Positions 14,170 to 25,842 of a stretch of 64,000 bases of DNA are shown here, one piece after another; position 1 is the first letter of the stretch; each line of letters opens with the position of its first letter. The DNA is from Utricularia gibba (taxonomy: Eukaryota > Plantae > Magnoliophyta): the NCBI GenBank assembly GCA_002189035.1, contig CM007990.1, positions 1,860,001 to 1,924,000 on the forward strand, given 5' to 3'. Under the pieces are notes generated by a model. It ran no database searches. It saw only the letters and a program-made list of their open reading frames with translations, and was not told the origin of the DNA. The translations under genes were made by a program, and so were the position numbers.

Positions 14170-16745
14170 TATGCTACAACGACACCAGATTTGTTCTCAA
14201 GTCCAAAATAAGACTAATAAAATCCTGTTTTTCGAAATGTTTCATGATAGACATGAATGACCATGTTCACATTTCAGATGCATGAACCATAGGTGTGCTT
14301 GTGTGCAAAACAGGTAACACTTCAGCATGCATGAATAGATTCTTCTTGGAGAGTGCTTTCAAAGATTAAAACAATGAATCAACATATTCAAAGCAAGCAA
14401 AAGATTGTGATTGTCAACTCAGTTGGTTTTTTCGTTTCTTGCATCTATCCCTCCCTTTTTTCTTTCATATATATGAGATAGTGAATGAACAAACATTTAA
14501 GAATCAGTCTAGGCATAATTTCAAGACCTCTTTTCTTCATACAAAGAGTGTTGGCCAAGCACTCTCACCTTATACCCCCAGGTCTACTTCCACTCCTCTA
14601 AACAAATTCATTCATGCTTATTCATTCACTTTTCAATGAGTCTACACACGCTTTTCAGTTGTGTGTTGCTTTTTAGATTCAGGTTTCATCGCTTTTCAAA
14701 TGATGATGCTTTTCTTGACCCTTATTCTCTCTCTCTTCTTCTCTTTTTTTTTTTTTTTATCACCAATCACTAATCCTTGCAGCAATGAAATATATCAACT
14801 CATGCAAACAAATCTAGATTGCACTCTTTAGGTTCCTCTAATCATGCTTGCACTCACATAGGAAAATAATTGGGATTCATGCTCTCAAGGTTTCATAAGG
14901 CTTCAAACAAAGCTCATGCATCCTAATCATCACAAGGCTATCATATCCCATCATTGAATTATTCGAAACAGGATTTGGATTATCAAGTAAAAACACAATA
15001 TACATAAACAGACAAATAACTCCTAGCATAGACTAACAGATACGACCTTTCCTAGAGATAAACATGATACCAAAATAAACCTAAAATCAAATTAAACGAA
15101 GCAGCACGTTACTTGTGCAGGGAGGAGTCATTCACTCCCTATTTTAGTCTCTTCTTTCTTGAATCAAATAGCCACTTTATCACATATCATTTCAAGGTTC
15201 TTCAAATAGCACAAAAGGAGTTGAAGCATGATTTTCCTACTTTACCATTCGTGCACTTTCACAGAATCCTGCAATTTTTCTGAGACAAATCTATTTCCCT
15301 TTACCTTGTTGGTTCATTAGTTTCTCAGAAATTAAGCATTAAAGCTTGATCCTCATGCCAACATAAAAAAAAAAAAGAAGTCCAAATCATAAACTCCATC
15401 AACATATTTGCAAGAATTGTAGCAACCTAACAGCAACCATGTTGTGCTAATTTAAACATGAAAGTCATAAACATCAGTTAGCACAATTTCTCAGAAAAAT
15501 AAGACATGATTTTCAGCACACTCGAACCCAATTCCAATCAAAACAAAATCAAACAGAAACACATGAAACCTAATCAACTAAAATTAATCTAGATAATGAA
15601 ATAAAATGCTGAAATAAAATTTAGCTATGGGTTGCCTCCCACAAGCGCCCTTGTTTTTAGTCTTGGACTCGACTATTTTTGAGGCTATGTTTTTGCTGCA
15701 TCTTCAAATGCAGTATCATCAGTAAAATTATGAGCCTCATTCTCAAAAGTCTCATATAAATTGTTCAACATTTTGAAGCCTCCATCCTTGCATCTCCTCC
15801 ACCAAAATGGATCATTCCAAAGTCCACATTTTTCAGCATTCAAAGACATGCTCATTTAAGGGCATTCATTTCCAACTGGCATCATTCCTACAGTAATAAA
15901 ATGAACAATATCAGTAGATCCTCGTTCCCAGTTTGTAATCTTACCTAAGAATAGTTGTTCGCTGGGAAACGCTTCTGCAATTATGCAATCTTCAATCCTG
16001 TTGAGTTTCCCAGAATTATTGACAAAAACATTTGTCCCCACAATATTATCCAAAATTTCTTTTGGATTCTGGATGAATTCCTCGAACAAGGTTGTCTCTT
16101 GATCCAAGCTGAGACCATCAGAAAGAATTACAGAATCTTCATGCTTATCATTCATCAAAATTTCTTGCATGTGAGCATCCAATGGCTTTTGCTTTGAGAT
16201 TTTCTCTTCTTGTTCACCTCCAAGAGCACTCAAATACTCCAGCTTTGCCTCAATGTTTGCATTCTCAAGAAATAATTCTTCATATTCTTTTCCCTTTTTG
16301 TCAATTTCTTCCTTCAAGTATTCTTCAACAAATTTTTCCGTTGGCTCCATAGAAGAAACTCCTTCAAAATCACTTGGAGAGTTGTTAACATCCTTCATGT
16401 GGAGTGTGATCTTTTCTTCATCAAGAGACATCTCAATTGTCCCCATCTTCACATTGATAATAGCATTGGATGTGCTCAAAAATGGTCTTCCCAAAATTAT
16501 GGTAGTGTCCTTTGATCCTTCAGTAGGCATATTGATTACATAAAAATCAGCTGGAAATATCAGATCCTCAATTCGAATTAGGACATCTTCTACCAAACCT
16601 TTTGAAAAAATGACACTTCGATTCGCCAATTCAATTTGTACTCCGGATGCTTTCAAGGGTCCCAATCTAAGAGCTTCATAAACTGAATATGACATCACAT
16701 TAACAGAAGCCCCTAAATCAGCCATGGCTCTCCTAATATTCAACC
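14170..16745 (-). mobile_element. Truncated, internally deleted Athila-like Ty3/gypsy element
   Basis: Protease ORF; the post-pol motif GTCGAG...GCGCTTGTGGGAGGCAACCCA (15628-15672) typical of Athila; long 3' non-coding region; PBS-like TGGTGTCGTTG near 14179-14189. Confidence 0.7.
15856..16743 (-). CDS. Retrotransposon aspartic protease ORF (Ty3/gypsy), 5'-truncated, lacking RT/RNase H
   Basis: RAMADLGASVNVM (D-L-G-A-S catalytic motif), IELANRSV, GLVEDVLIRI, IFPADFYVI, IILGRPFL; 295 codons open. Confidence 0.85.
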   Translation of the reverse strand: MNIRRAMADLGASVNVMSYSVYEALRLGPLKASGVQIELANRSVIFSKGLVEDVLIRIEDLIFPADFYVINMPTEGSKDTTIILGRPFLSTSNAIINVKMGTIEMSLDEEKITLHMKDVNNSPSDFEGVSSMEPTEKFVEEYLKEEIDKKGKEYEELFLENANIEAKLEYLSALGGEQEEKISKQKPLDAHMQEILMNDKHEDSVILSDGLSLDQETTLFEEFIQNPKEILDNIVGTNVFVNNSGKLNRIEDCIIAEAFPSEQLFLGKITNWERGSTDIVHFITVGMMPVGNECP

Positions 16746-16899
16746 AAGGTTTGGTTGGAAGGAAAATAAGTCAGATTTGTAGTAGTTTTGTTAAATTATT
16801 AGTTTGAAAAGTCCAAAATATTCTTTAATCATAAATATACACCACCCTGATTTTCATTTCCATCAACCATTTGCAAATTGCTTGAGAGTGACTAGAGAT

Positions 16900-17219
16900 T
16901 GTTGATGCAAGAAAAAGAGAGTCTTGGGAAGTAACGAAAAGGTAATGCTTCTGAGATCACCTTGGATGAAAAACGACTCATGAACAATAAGAATGACCAA
17001 AACCCCCATTCACGCATTCCTAGTAGGGTTTATATATACCCAATACCTAGATTACCCAACAGTGGGCCACAATTATTGAAAACACACAAAAAGCCCAACA
17101 ACTCGAATCCAACACTTCCATGCTCGAACTCAACACCTTTTATCTGAAATATAACATTATGACACAAGATTAGTGCTTCCAATCACCTTCAAACTTTGGA
17201 TTGAGGCTGATCTCCAACA
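16900..17219 (-). repeat. 3' LTR of the copia element
   Basis: TGTTGATGCAAG...GATCTCCAACA; the polypurine tract GGTCTGGGGGGAG lies immediately inside on the minus strand. Confidence 0.97.
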
Positions 17220-20200
17220 CTCCCCCCCAGACCGAGATCTCCCAACTTGAGAAAGTCTTCTATAGTCATGAGATTCATGTTCTTCCTTGCTAGCTCAAAC
17301 TGAACTCTGTTCAAACCTTTGGTGAGCCCATCAGCAAGCTGATTCCCACTCTCAACATACTGCACTTTAATCTTCTTCTCCTTGATGTAATTCCTTATGA
17401 CATGATACCTGATTCTTATGTGCTTGGCTTTGCTGAAGTTCGTTGGATCTTTGGCAATGGAGATTGCAGCTCGATTATCCATAAGCAGATGTGTAGCTTC
17501 CTTTTGTATGAATCCAAGTTCGTTTAGCATCTGCCTCAACCAAACACAATAGTTCGAAGCATGTGCTGCTGAGATGTATTCTGCTTCAACTGTTGATTGT
17601 GCTACGACTTTTTGTTTCTTCGAAAACCAGACTACAGGACTCTTATTTAAGAAGAAGAGTGCACCAGATGTGCTCTTGCTATCTTCAGCCATACCATAAT
17701 CACTATCTGAGTAGGCTCTAAGTTTCAAGACTGGTTTTTCACCTTCATAGGGATAGAACAATCCGAAATCAGTAGTAGATTTTATGTACCTGAAAGCTCT
17801 TTTCACAGCTGCCATGTGAGTTGTTGTTGGTTTGTTGAGGAAGCGAGATAAGACATTTACACAAAAACACAAGTCAGGCCTTGTATGCTGGAGATAAATG
17901 AGGCTTCCAATCATACTTCTATAAGTAGTGGCATCCACATTCTTTCCCTGATTGTTCTCTCCAATCACTTGTTTGTAATCCAAAGGCGTTTTTGAAGGAT
18001 TGACATCTTTGAACCCAAACCTTTCAAGAAGTTCATTACATTACTTTTTCTGAGATATGAATGTTCCAACACCTTCAAGTTGATGAATTTCCATGCCTAG
18101 ATAATAGGACATCATTCCAAGGTCAGTCATCTTGAATTCATTTTTGAGTAGAGCTTTGAATTCCTCAATCTTACTTTCATTACCTGAGGTAATCATAAGA
18201 TCATCCACATATAAGCTAATAAATAAATGATCATCTTCTTTTCCTTTAACATATAATGAGTAATCACTATATGTTTTTCTGAAACCAATACCCTGGAGAA
18301 AGTTATCCATGCGTTCATTCCATGCTCTAGGAGCTTGCTTCAACCCATAGAGAGATTTCTTTAGCTTCAATACCTTGTCTTCATGACCTGACACTTCGAA
18401 GCCCTTTGGTTGTTCAACAAAAACAACCTCCTCCAACACACCATTCAAGAACGCAGTCTTGACATCCATGTGATGCACTTTCCATCCATGAGCAGCTGAA
18501 ATGGCAAGAAGTACTTTAATCGTGTCAAATCTTGCTACTGGTGCAAAAATATCATGAAAATTTATTCCTTTGATCTAACTATATCCCTTGGCTACTAATC
18601 TAGCCTTATATTTGTTGATAGAGCCATCTGCATTCATCTTGGTTTTGAATAACCACTTGAGGCCAATAGGTTTGAAACCCCTATCCTTAGGTTTCTCAAC
18701 TAATTCCCATGTTTCATTTTCAAGTATAGAATTCATTTCTTCCTTCATGGCCTCTCTCCATTTAGGATTTTGTACAGCCACTTCAAATGATGTTGGATCT
18801 CCTGTCAATAATCCAGCCAAAATATCAGCCACAGCATCTTGGACATCATCATTCAACTTGGAGAAACTTATTGTAGAAGCCTTGTTTCTTTTGCTTCTTC
18901 TAATGTCAGTAACATGACTATCTTCATTATCTATTGAATCTCTGATGTTTTTGCGTTTCCTCCTTTGCCAATCACGATCAGATGGGTAATAATCTTCATC
19001 ATCAGTATCAGGTTCCTCTCCATTAGATTCATCTGTTGATGAGTCTTCTACATTCGTGCCTTGCTCCTCTTCTGGGATTTCGAAATTCCCATATGAAGGT
19101 TGATCATTGGCCTGATGAGATCGTCCATACAGGGGTTCAGAGTTTGATTCTGAATTCTGATTGGGCGAGCCATCTTGATTTGTGACCTTCTCCTCCTCTT
19201 GAGCTGGAAAATTCTCATCTGAATGCTGATCATTTACTTGATTTGAATCTTCATGAACGAGTTCTGAAGTTTCTTGGTTTGTTGAATTGCTGGAAGAGAA
19301 GTTTTGAGGCATGTGTGTCCAGAGGTCTCCTTTCACATGGGTGCTATGCCTTTCAAGACTTTTATGAGCTTCTGCATCATTCAGAGCAATGCAATCATCA
19401 ATTAAAGTATACCTTGCACCTTCATCAAAAGTGACATCATGGCTGAGGATAAATTTCTTCTGTTGAGGTAGATAAACTTTATATCCCTTGGTAGTGTTGC
19501 TATAACCAACAAATACACCAGATACAGATTTCTTTTCAAGTTTTCCTCGTTTTTGGTCTGGTATATGAGTAAAACACAGACTACCAAAGATTTTGAGATG
19601 ATCAACCTTTTTAATATAACCATGCCATTTTTCATGGGCGGTTTTTCCACTAATCGCCCTTGAGGGAAGCAAGTTCAACAGATATACAGATGTAGATACC
19701 GCTTCAGCCCAGAAACTTACAGGAAGACCTTTCTCAAACAATAGGCATCTTGACATATCAAGGATTGTTCTGTTTCTCCTTTCACATATACCATTCTGTT
19801 GTGGAGAATATGGTACGGTGAATTGATGCATGATTCCCTCATTTTCACAGAACATTCTCATGCTATTATTGTAGAATTCGCCTCCATTGTCTGATCTAAT
19901 CATCTTCAAAGAGCATCCACTCTGATTCTCGACCATCACTTTGAATTTTCGAAAGATATGAGGAAATTCTGACTTGCTTTTAAGAAAGTAAACCCAACAA
20001 TAACGTGAATAATCATCAATGAATGTAATAAAGTATCTACTCCCCCCTAATGAACATTCCTTAAATGGTGCACAAACATCTGTATGCACAAGCTCTAATT
20101 TCTCCTTTGCTACTGAATCACTGGAATAAAAGGGCTTTCTACACTGTTTACCTTGATGACACACTTCACATATGGCATTAGCAAACTTGATGTCTTTCAA

Positions 20201-21835
20201 TTCCAGTACTTCCTTATTCTTCTGCAATATTTTCAAATTGTTGAAGCTATAGTGCCCAAAACGTTTGTGCCAAAGGCTGCTTTGATCTTGAAGTGAGAAA
20301 ATACAACTTTTATGATCACTGACCATGATTTGGTAGAGGTTGTAGGTGGTCAACACAGTATGGAATTCAATCTTCATTTTTGGATCAGCAACCTTAACTG
20401 TAGTGGTTATACCACCAGCATCTTTCATCAACTCAATGTCAAAACCTTGCCTGCTCAATTGGCCAAAGCTCAACAGGTTCTGTTTGAGGTTTGGTGAATA
20501 ATAAACATCATCAACTTGAACAATTCCTTCTTTTAGCAAGAGTAAAATGCTTCCTTTGCCCACAATGCCAATATTTTCACCAGTGCACGTGCTTACCTCC
20601 TTCCCAATCCTTTCAAGCTTGAGAAATGACCTTGTATCACAACATACATGATAGGAGGCGCCAGAGTCCAAGTACCACCCTTTAGCATCTGAGGCTACTG
20701 TCATTAGAGCACACTCATACTCAAAATGATCTTCAAAAGATATTTCTGGCTCATCTTCAAAGTAGGTAAAGGATGCATGTGATTTCTCTTCCCTGGAAGT
20801 AGCCTTCTTGTTATGCTCAACTTTTATTGGATTTGACATTCCACATACCTTGTCAAGATGGCCTCTTTGATTGCATTTCGTGCACAAAGCATCAGGCTTC
20901 CACCAACAAAACTCACTCCTGTGATTCTGTTTGTTACAATGCTTGCAAGCATTTGTGCTTAAAGTCCAACAATCTTCACTCTTATGGTTGGATTTGTCAC
21001 AATGCCTGCACTTCTGATTGCCCATCGTTGATGTGGGGATTGACGTTGGTGATTGTTTGATGGCTGTTGATTTGACATCCTTGACATTGTTAATTGCACC
21101 TGAGTTTATATTCATATTCTGCATTTTGGTGAGGAGAGCAGCTTCACCATAAGTTTTCTCAACTTCATAACCATCTCTTAGCTCCAATCTCTTTTCTGTA
21201 GATTGCAACTCAATCATGAATTCTCTAAATGTTGGCTCTGGTGTAACAGGATATTCAGGATATAACTGATGGAGCTTTCCTTCAATAATGTCAAGGATTC
21301 TTCTTTCTGTCTCAAGTGCACATAACTTTGGCTCGAATCTTGCAGGTAGGCTCATGATTGCCTTGCTAATCACCTTTTGATCCTCAAGTTGTTTCCCCAA
21401 TCCTCGAATCTCCTTCACAAGCTTCGCAGTACGTTCATAATAGACTTGTATGGTTTCATTGTCTAACATTTTGTTCCTCTCAAAGTCCTCCAGCTTGTTT
21501 TTGCGTAATATTTCTCTCAGTTTGGCATCACCTTCATAATGGGATTTGAGAGTATCCCATATTTCTTTTGCTGATTGACACTCTGCAATATCATCAAATA
21601 GATGTTCAGAGATGGCTTGATACAAGGCATCCATTGCTTCATCTTTTCTCTGTTGAAGATATTCAGCTGCCTCTTGCTGTTCTGATGTGGATTTGCTTGT
21701 TATTGTAATCGCCGGAATCTCCCTTTCGACAACATCCCAAATCTTTCTGACCCGCAGGTAGCTGCGCATCTTTTTGACCCAGCTTCCATACTCTGAACCA
21801 TCAAATATTGGAGGTCCTCTACCAGATGCCATCAT
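17189..21835 (-). pseudogene. Copia gag-pol polyprotein with two in-frame stop codons in RT
   Basis: The three ORF-track pieces are in one frame. Motifs: gag, 3x CCHC, protease WYLDSGAS, GAG-pre-integrase LWHKRFGH, integrase HTDVC/FIDDYSR/SDNGGEF/PQQNGICER, RT YKARLVAKGYS*, HMDVKTAFLNG, LYVDDL, RNase H SDSD/EAEY/DN/ADGLTK. Stops are TAG at 18575-18577 and TAA at 18041-18043. Confidence 0.93.
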
Positions 21836-21919
21836 AGCCACCGCTTGACAAGCTTTGGGTTGAAAAACGCTGAACGGTAAATAAAATACTGAAACGAGCA
21901 CAGGTTTGAGAACCTTACT

Positions 21920-21931
21920 GTTCTGATACCA
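21920..21931 (-). promoter_or_regulatory. Primer-binding site for initiator tRNA-Met
   Basis: TGGTATCAGAAC directly after the LTR; one mismatch to the canonical TGGTATCAGAGC. Confidence 0.9.
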
Positions 21932-22251
21932 TGTTGATGCAAGAAAAAGAGAGTCTTGGGAAGTAACGAAAAGGTAATGCTTCTGAGATCACCTTGGATG
22001 AAAAACGACTCATGAACAATAAGAATGACCAAAACCCCCATTCACGCATTCCTAGTAGGGTTTATATATACCCAATACCTAGATTACCCAACAGTGGGCC
22101 ACAATTATTGAAAACACACAAAAAGCCCAACAACTCGAATCCAACACTTCCATGCTCGAACTCAACACCTTTTATCTGAAATATAACATTATGACACAAG
22201 ATTAGTGCTTCCAATCACCTTCAAACTTTGGATTGAGGCTGATCTCCAACA
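21932..22251 (-). repeat. 5' LTR of the copia element
   Basis: Same sequence as 16900-17219 (the ORF track gives the same 61-aa translation in both copies). Confidence 0.97.
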
Positions 22252-22329
22252 GAGATAACTTTCTTCATGGGTTGGTCTTCACCTCTTCCATCCAAGTTTC
22301 CATTTGAGTGCACAAATGTTTGGCTTTTT

Positions 22330-23250
22330 GTAGGTAAACTATGGTTGAAAGCATATTAAAGAGGAGCTTGCACAGATGGACAAATGGGGAAATAGAACCA
22401 TTTACTGCATATTTGAAACAACTCGTAGTTGGGGGTGGAGATCTGACGACACCTTTCAACCCACCTATCATGTTGAATTGGAGAGGCTTATGTGAGATGC
22501 ATTGCCCATTTGTGATTTAAAAGCAACACCACACATTTCATCCAAGTTCAAGATGTGGAAAAGAACTACTTCACATTGTGCGAAGTTCTAGCCAAATGTG
22601 ATAATAGTTTCAACTATGTTTCAAAAAAGATTGAAGCAATCGAAGAAAAGTGAAAAGAGTTGTTGCAGGTGTTCTAATCATTAGTATTGCATTGTGATAT
22701 TGTTTACATATTATTAACTTCTATTCTTTATATGATAGCATAATAGAGAAAAGTATAATAAATTGAGAGACAAGACATTTCTATTTTATGAAAATTAGTG
22801 TGAGATTTACTACAAGGATAGCGCTACTGGTGATGATGGGGTTGGGTGTAATGAGGAGACAGAAGTAGCACCTGCACAATCAACAACTATGCCTATGATT
22901 GGGGATATATTCATCAATTGGTCGGTGAGTTGTCTGAAATTGAAACGGGGCCATCTGCAAATTCTGGTATAAGAAAAGCAAAGTTGGGAAAGAGGAAGAT
23001 AGTCAATGATCTTGAGCTAATCCTGACCCGGTTGGAAGATAAAATGGAAGTAATGGCTAACACCACTAACCAAGCCATGATTACGGCAGCATCCATCTTA
23101 GGAAGTGAGACCGAAGATCGAAAAAAGTCACTGCATTATTTCGAAAAATGAACTTGACAATAGTGAACCTCCTAAGAGTCTCTTCAAAGCTTCTGAATGA
23201 GTCAAGAAGTGTGAAATGCTTTCTAGATATGAACAATGATGAGAGAGAAA
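22330..23250 (+). pseudogene. Decayed Myb/SANT-like ORF of a PIF/Harbinger transposon
   Basis: HRWTNGEIEPFTAYLKQLVV / GWRSDDTFQPTYHVELERLM*DALPICDLKATPHISSKFKMWKR; has a frameshift and a stop. Confidence 0.75.
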
Positions 23251-23289
23251 AATGAGTTGATTGGGTATTTAGCCCTATACAAAAAAACT

Positions 23290-24366
23290 CTTGACTAAAT
23301 GGTCCTATTTGACAGACCTTAGCTAAATAGCCTTACTTTATGTAGGTATTAGTTAAATAGTCCTATTTTTATCACACATAAAAAATAAAATAATTATTAT
23401 TATGAAACATAATAAAATTAAATTAAATATACATTACATATGTATATTTTTTTTTATAATTAATATTTATATTTTATATTTTTATTTTTACTAAAATTAG
23501 ATGTATTTACTTATTTAATTGTAATTATCCTAAAAATGTTTTCATAATCTAATGAAACTTTTTCATGATATTGATTGTTGTTATAATTCACTGATTAATT
23601 TGAATAATTATCATGAAATTTTTTTTGTATTTTAGCTATTTCGTGATAATATTGGTTTTCGTAGTATTTATAGTTCTATTGGTATTTCAAAAAGAATGGA
23701 AATATTTATACAAAATCATTATATCAAATGTTTCAATTGAATTTATTTAATCTAAAAATATGTTTTGATACATCACCTAATAATATAATTAATACATATT
23801 AATATTTCTAATTTTTAAAAAAAAACTAAATGTGAAAATATATTAGTCAAATAACTTAATAAATTAGGTATAAGGTCGAATATTATACTAAATAGATAAA
23901 AATATTGATTAATAAATTTTTCACATTTAATTTTTTAAAAAAACATTGAGAAATATTATTGTGTATTAATTATATCATTAGACAACGTACCATAACATAT
24001 TTTTGGGTTAAATAAATTAAGTTAAAAGCATTTACTATAATAATTTTATATAAGTATTTTCATATCTTTTTTATATTAATTTATTATGAAAACATTTTTA
24101 ATATAACTACTAAATATTCATATTGATATTTATGTCATATTTTTAAAATTAAATAATTAAATATATTTAGTTTTAATATAACTAAAAATATAAAATAAAA
24201 ATACTAATTAATATAAATTATATATACATATATATTGTATTTTTCGTAAATAATAATTATTTTATTTTTTGTTTATGATAAAAGTAGAGCTATTTAACTA
24301 ATACCTACATAAAGTAGGACCATTTAGCTAAAGTATGCCAAATAGGACCATATAGCCAATTCACCC
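23290..24366. mobile_element. Foldback (long inverted repeat) non-autonomous DNA transposon, MULE/MITE-like
   Basis: Left end ttgactaaatggtcctatttgacagaccttagctaaatagccttactttatgtaggtattagttaaatag pairs with the right end; pairing continues to a ~9-nt loop near 23878. No TSD confirmed. Confidence 0.8.
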
Positions 24367-24779
24367 AAAGAAAAATTAATTGATAGCATTCTATTGCCCA
24401 TGTGACATTTGCATCTTTTCCTTGTTCATCTTTTGTTATCTTGATCTAGCATCATTAATGCCTATTATTTCAGTAATTTTATATCAAAAAACAAAGTTGG
24501 TAAGACTAAAAACAATTTAGAACTTTCTCTTCTAAACATCATAATTTAACAACCTGTTGGAGTTTTTTTTATAAATCTATAGGTTTGAAAAACTTCATAA
24601 ATATCTCTATAACATTCATGAATATCAAATAAGCAAATTCAAAGTCAAATGAAACAGAAAAAGAAAAACATTTAACATCATGTTTCTGTCTAAATGTCTG
24701 CCTCCAATAAGAAAACATAACAACGGAAGTGAAGAATAATAATGACTCCTACTACCTATCCCCCAACCACTCATTGTAC

Positions 24780-25600
24780 ATTGAGGTTTCTTGTTGATCA
24801 CGTCATGAAGTCCATTCAAGTGTGCCCTCTACAACAACCTCGTGATGATCCTCAACAATCTCTAACTCCCATAGATCAACATCTATCTCATTTCGAATAA
24901 AGTTACGTAACAAGGCACATGCAATAATGATTCTGCTTTGTGTTTTGATAGAGTAGAATGATGGATTACAAAATATACCCCAATGCTTCTTCATCAAACC
25001 TCAAGCTTGCTCAATTACATTCCTTGCCTTTGCATGTTGCATATTGAAGTATTCTTTTGGATTTTGAGGTTGTTGTCGCCCTGGCCCCAAGTCCTTTAAG
25101 TGGTATCAAACACCCCGATATGGGGTCAGAAATCCACTGTAGTTAGTGTTACCACAATCTGCTAAGTAGTAGTGACCTGTATCAAAAATAGACCTAACAA
25201 AATTGTATAAAAAATATTGCAAGCATGCAATGAACATGATATTTTCAAAACCATAAGATGCTAACCTAGAGATGAGAGGGTTCTTGAAATCTAGTCCAAG
25301 TGAATGAAATAAACATCATCAATCCATTGTTACTTTTATGAATTTTAAATCCTGGATTCCTTGTGAGATCATCTCGAAGTATATGTCCACCGATTGTAGA
25401 GCCTTTCTAGCCACAAAGAATGTAGATAAAGCGTATCTTTTGATCACATACACCACACACATTTATTGAAATTGATCCCTTACGAGTCCGATATTGTGGT
25501 TTATTTGCTTCTTTCACCATAACGTCAATATATGAACCATCTAGTGCCCCATGAAAATCTTTTAAATACATCAATAGAGTGAATGCTAAAAAAGACAGCA
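24780..25600 (-). pseudogene. Decayed PIF/Harbinger DDE transposase
   Basis: GALDGSYI, YRTRKGSISINVCGVCD, YYLADCG, FLTPYRGV*YHL, EYFNMQHAKARNVIEQA*GLMKKHWGI, IIIACALLRNFIR; introns and stops. Confidence 0.85.
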
Positions 25601-25842
25601 AAAAAGCATTATTTTAGAAAGTTATATCTTAAAGTAGATAAAGTCATTTGAATTTCGTGCAATTGGAGCACAAATTGCAAGACCTCATGGAAATATATGT
25701 GCATAGTATGTATAAAATGGTGGAAGCTAAATTTTGAATTATTTGCTTCTTATGATAAGCTAAAATATCAAGAAATGAGGCAACCATCCACTAATATATA
25801 AACTTAGCTATTATACTGTATAAATCACATGAATTAATATAG

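Larger units (their letters stand above)
16900..22251 (-). mobile_element. Full-length Ty1/copia LTR retrotransposon, 5,352 bp, very recent insertion
   Basis: Two 320-bp LTRs TG...CA that read identical; 5-bp TSD GAGAT (16895-16899 and 22252-22256); PBS and PPT present; gag-PR-IN-RT-RH order. Confidence 0.98.

Noticed and set aside
16741-16757. CAACCAA-ggt-TTGGTTG mini-hairpin at the Athila/Harbinger junction, a possible Harbinger terminus
   Set aside because: No matching right TIR or TAA/TTA duplication located.
16962-17147. 61-aa ORF duplicated at 21994-22179
   Set aside because: TTG start, antisense within the LTR; duplicated only because the LTRs are identical.
18575-18577. Programmed stop readthrough in the copia
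   Set aside because: The stops fall inside RT at conserved Gln/Tyr positions, not at a gag-pol or pol-env boundary, and there are two different stops; mutation is simpler.
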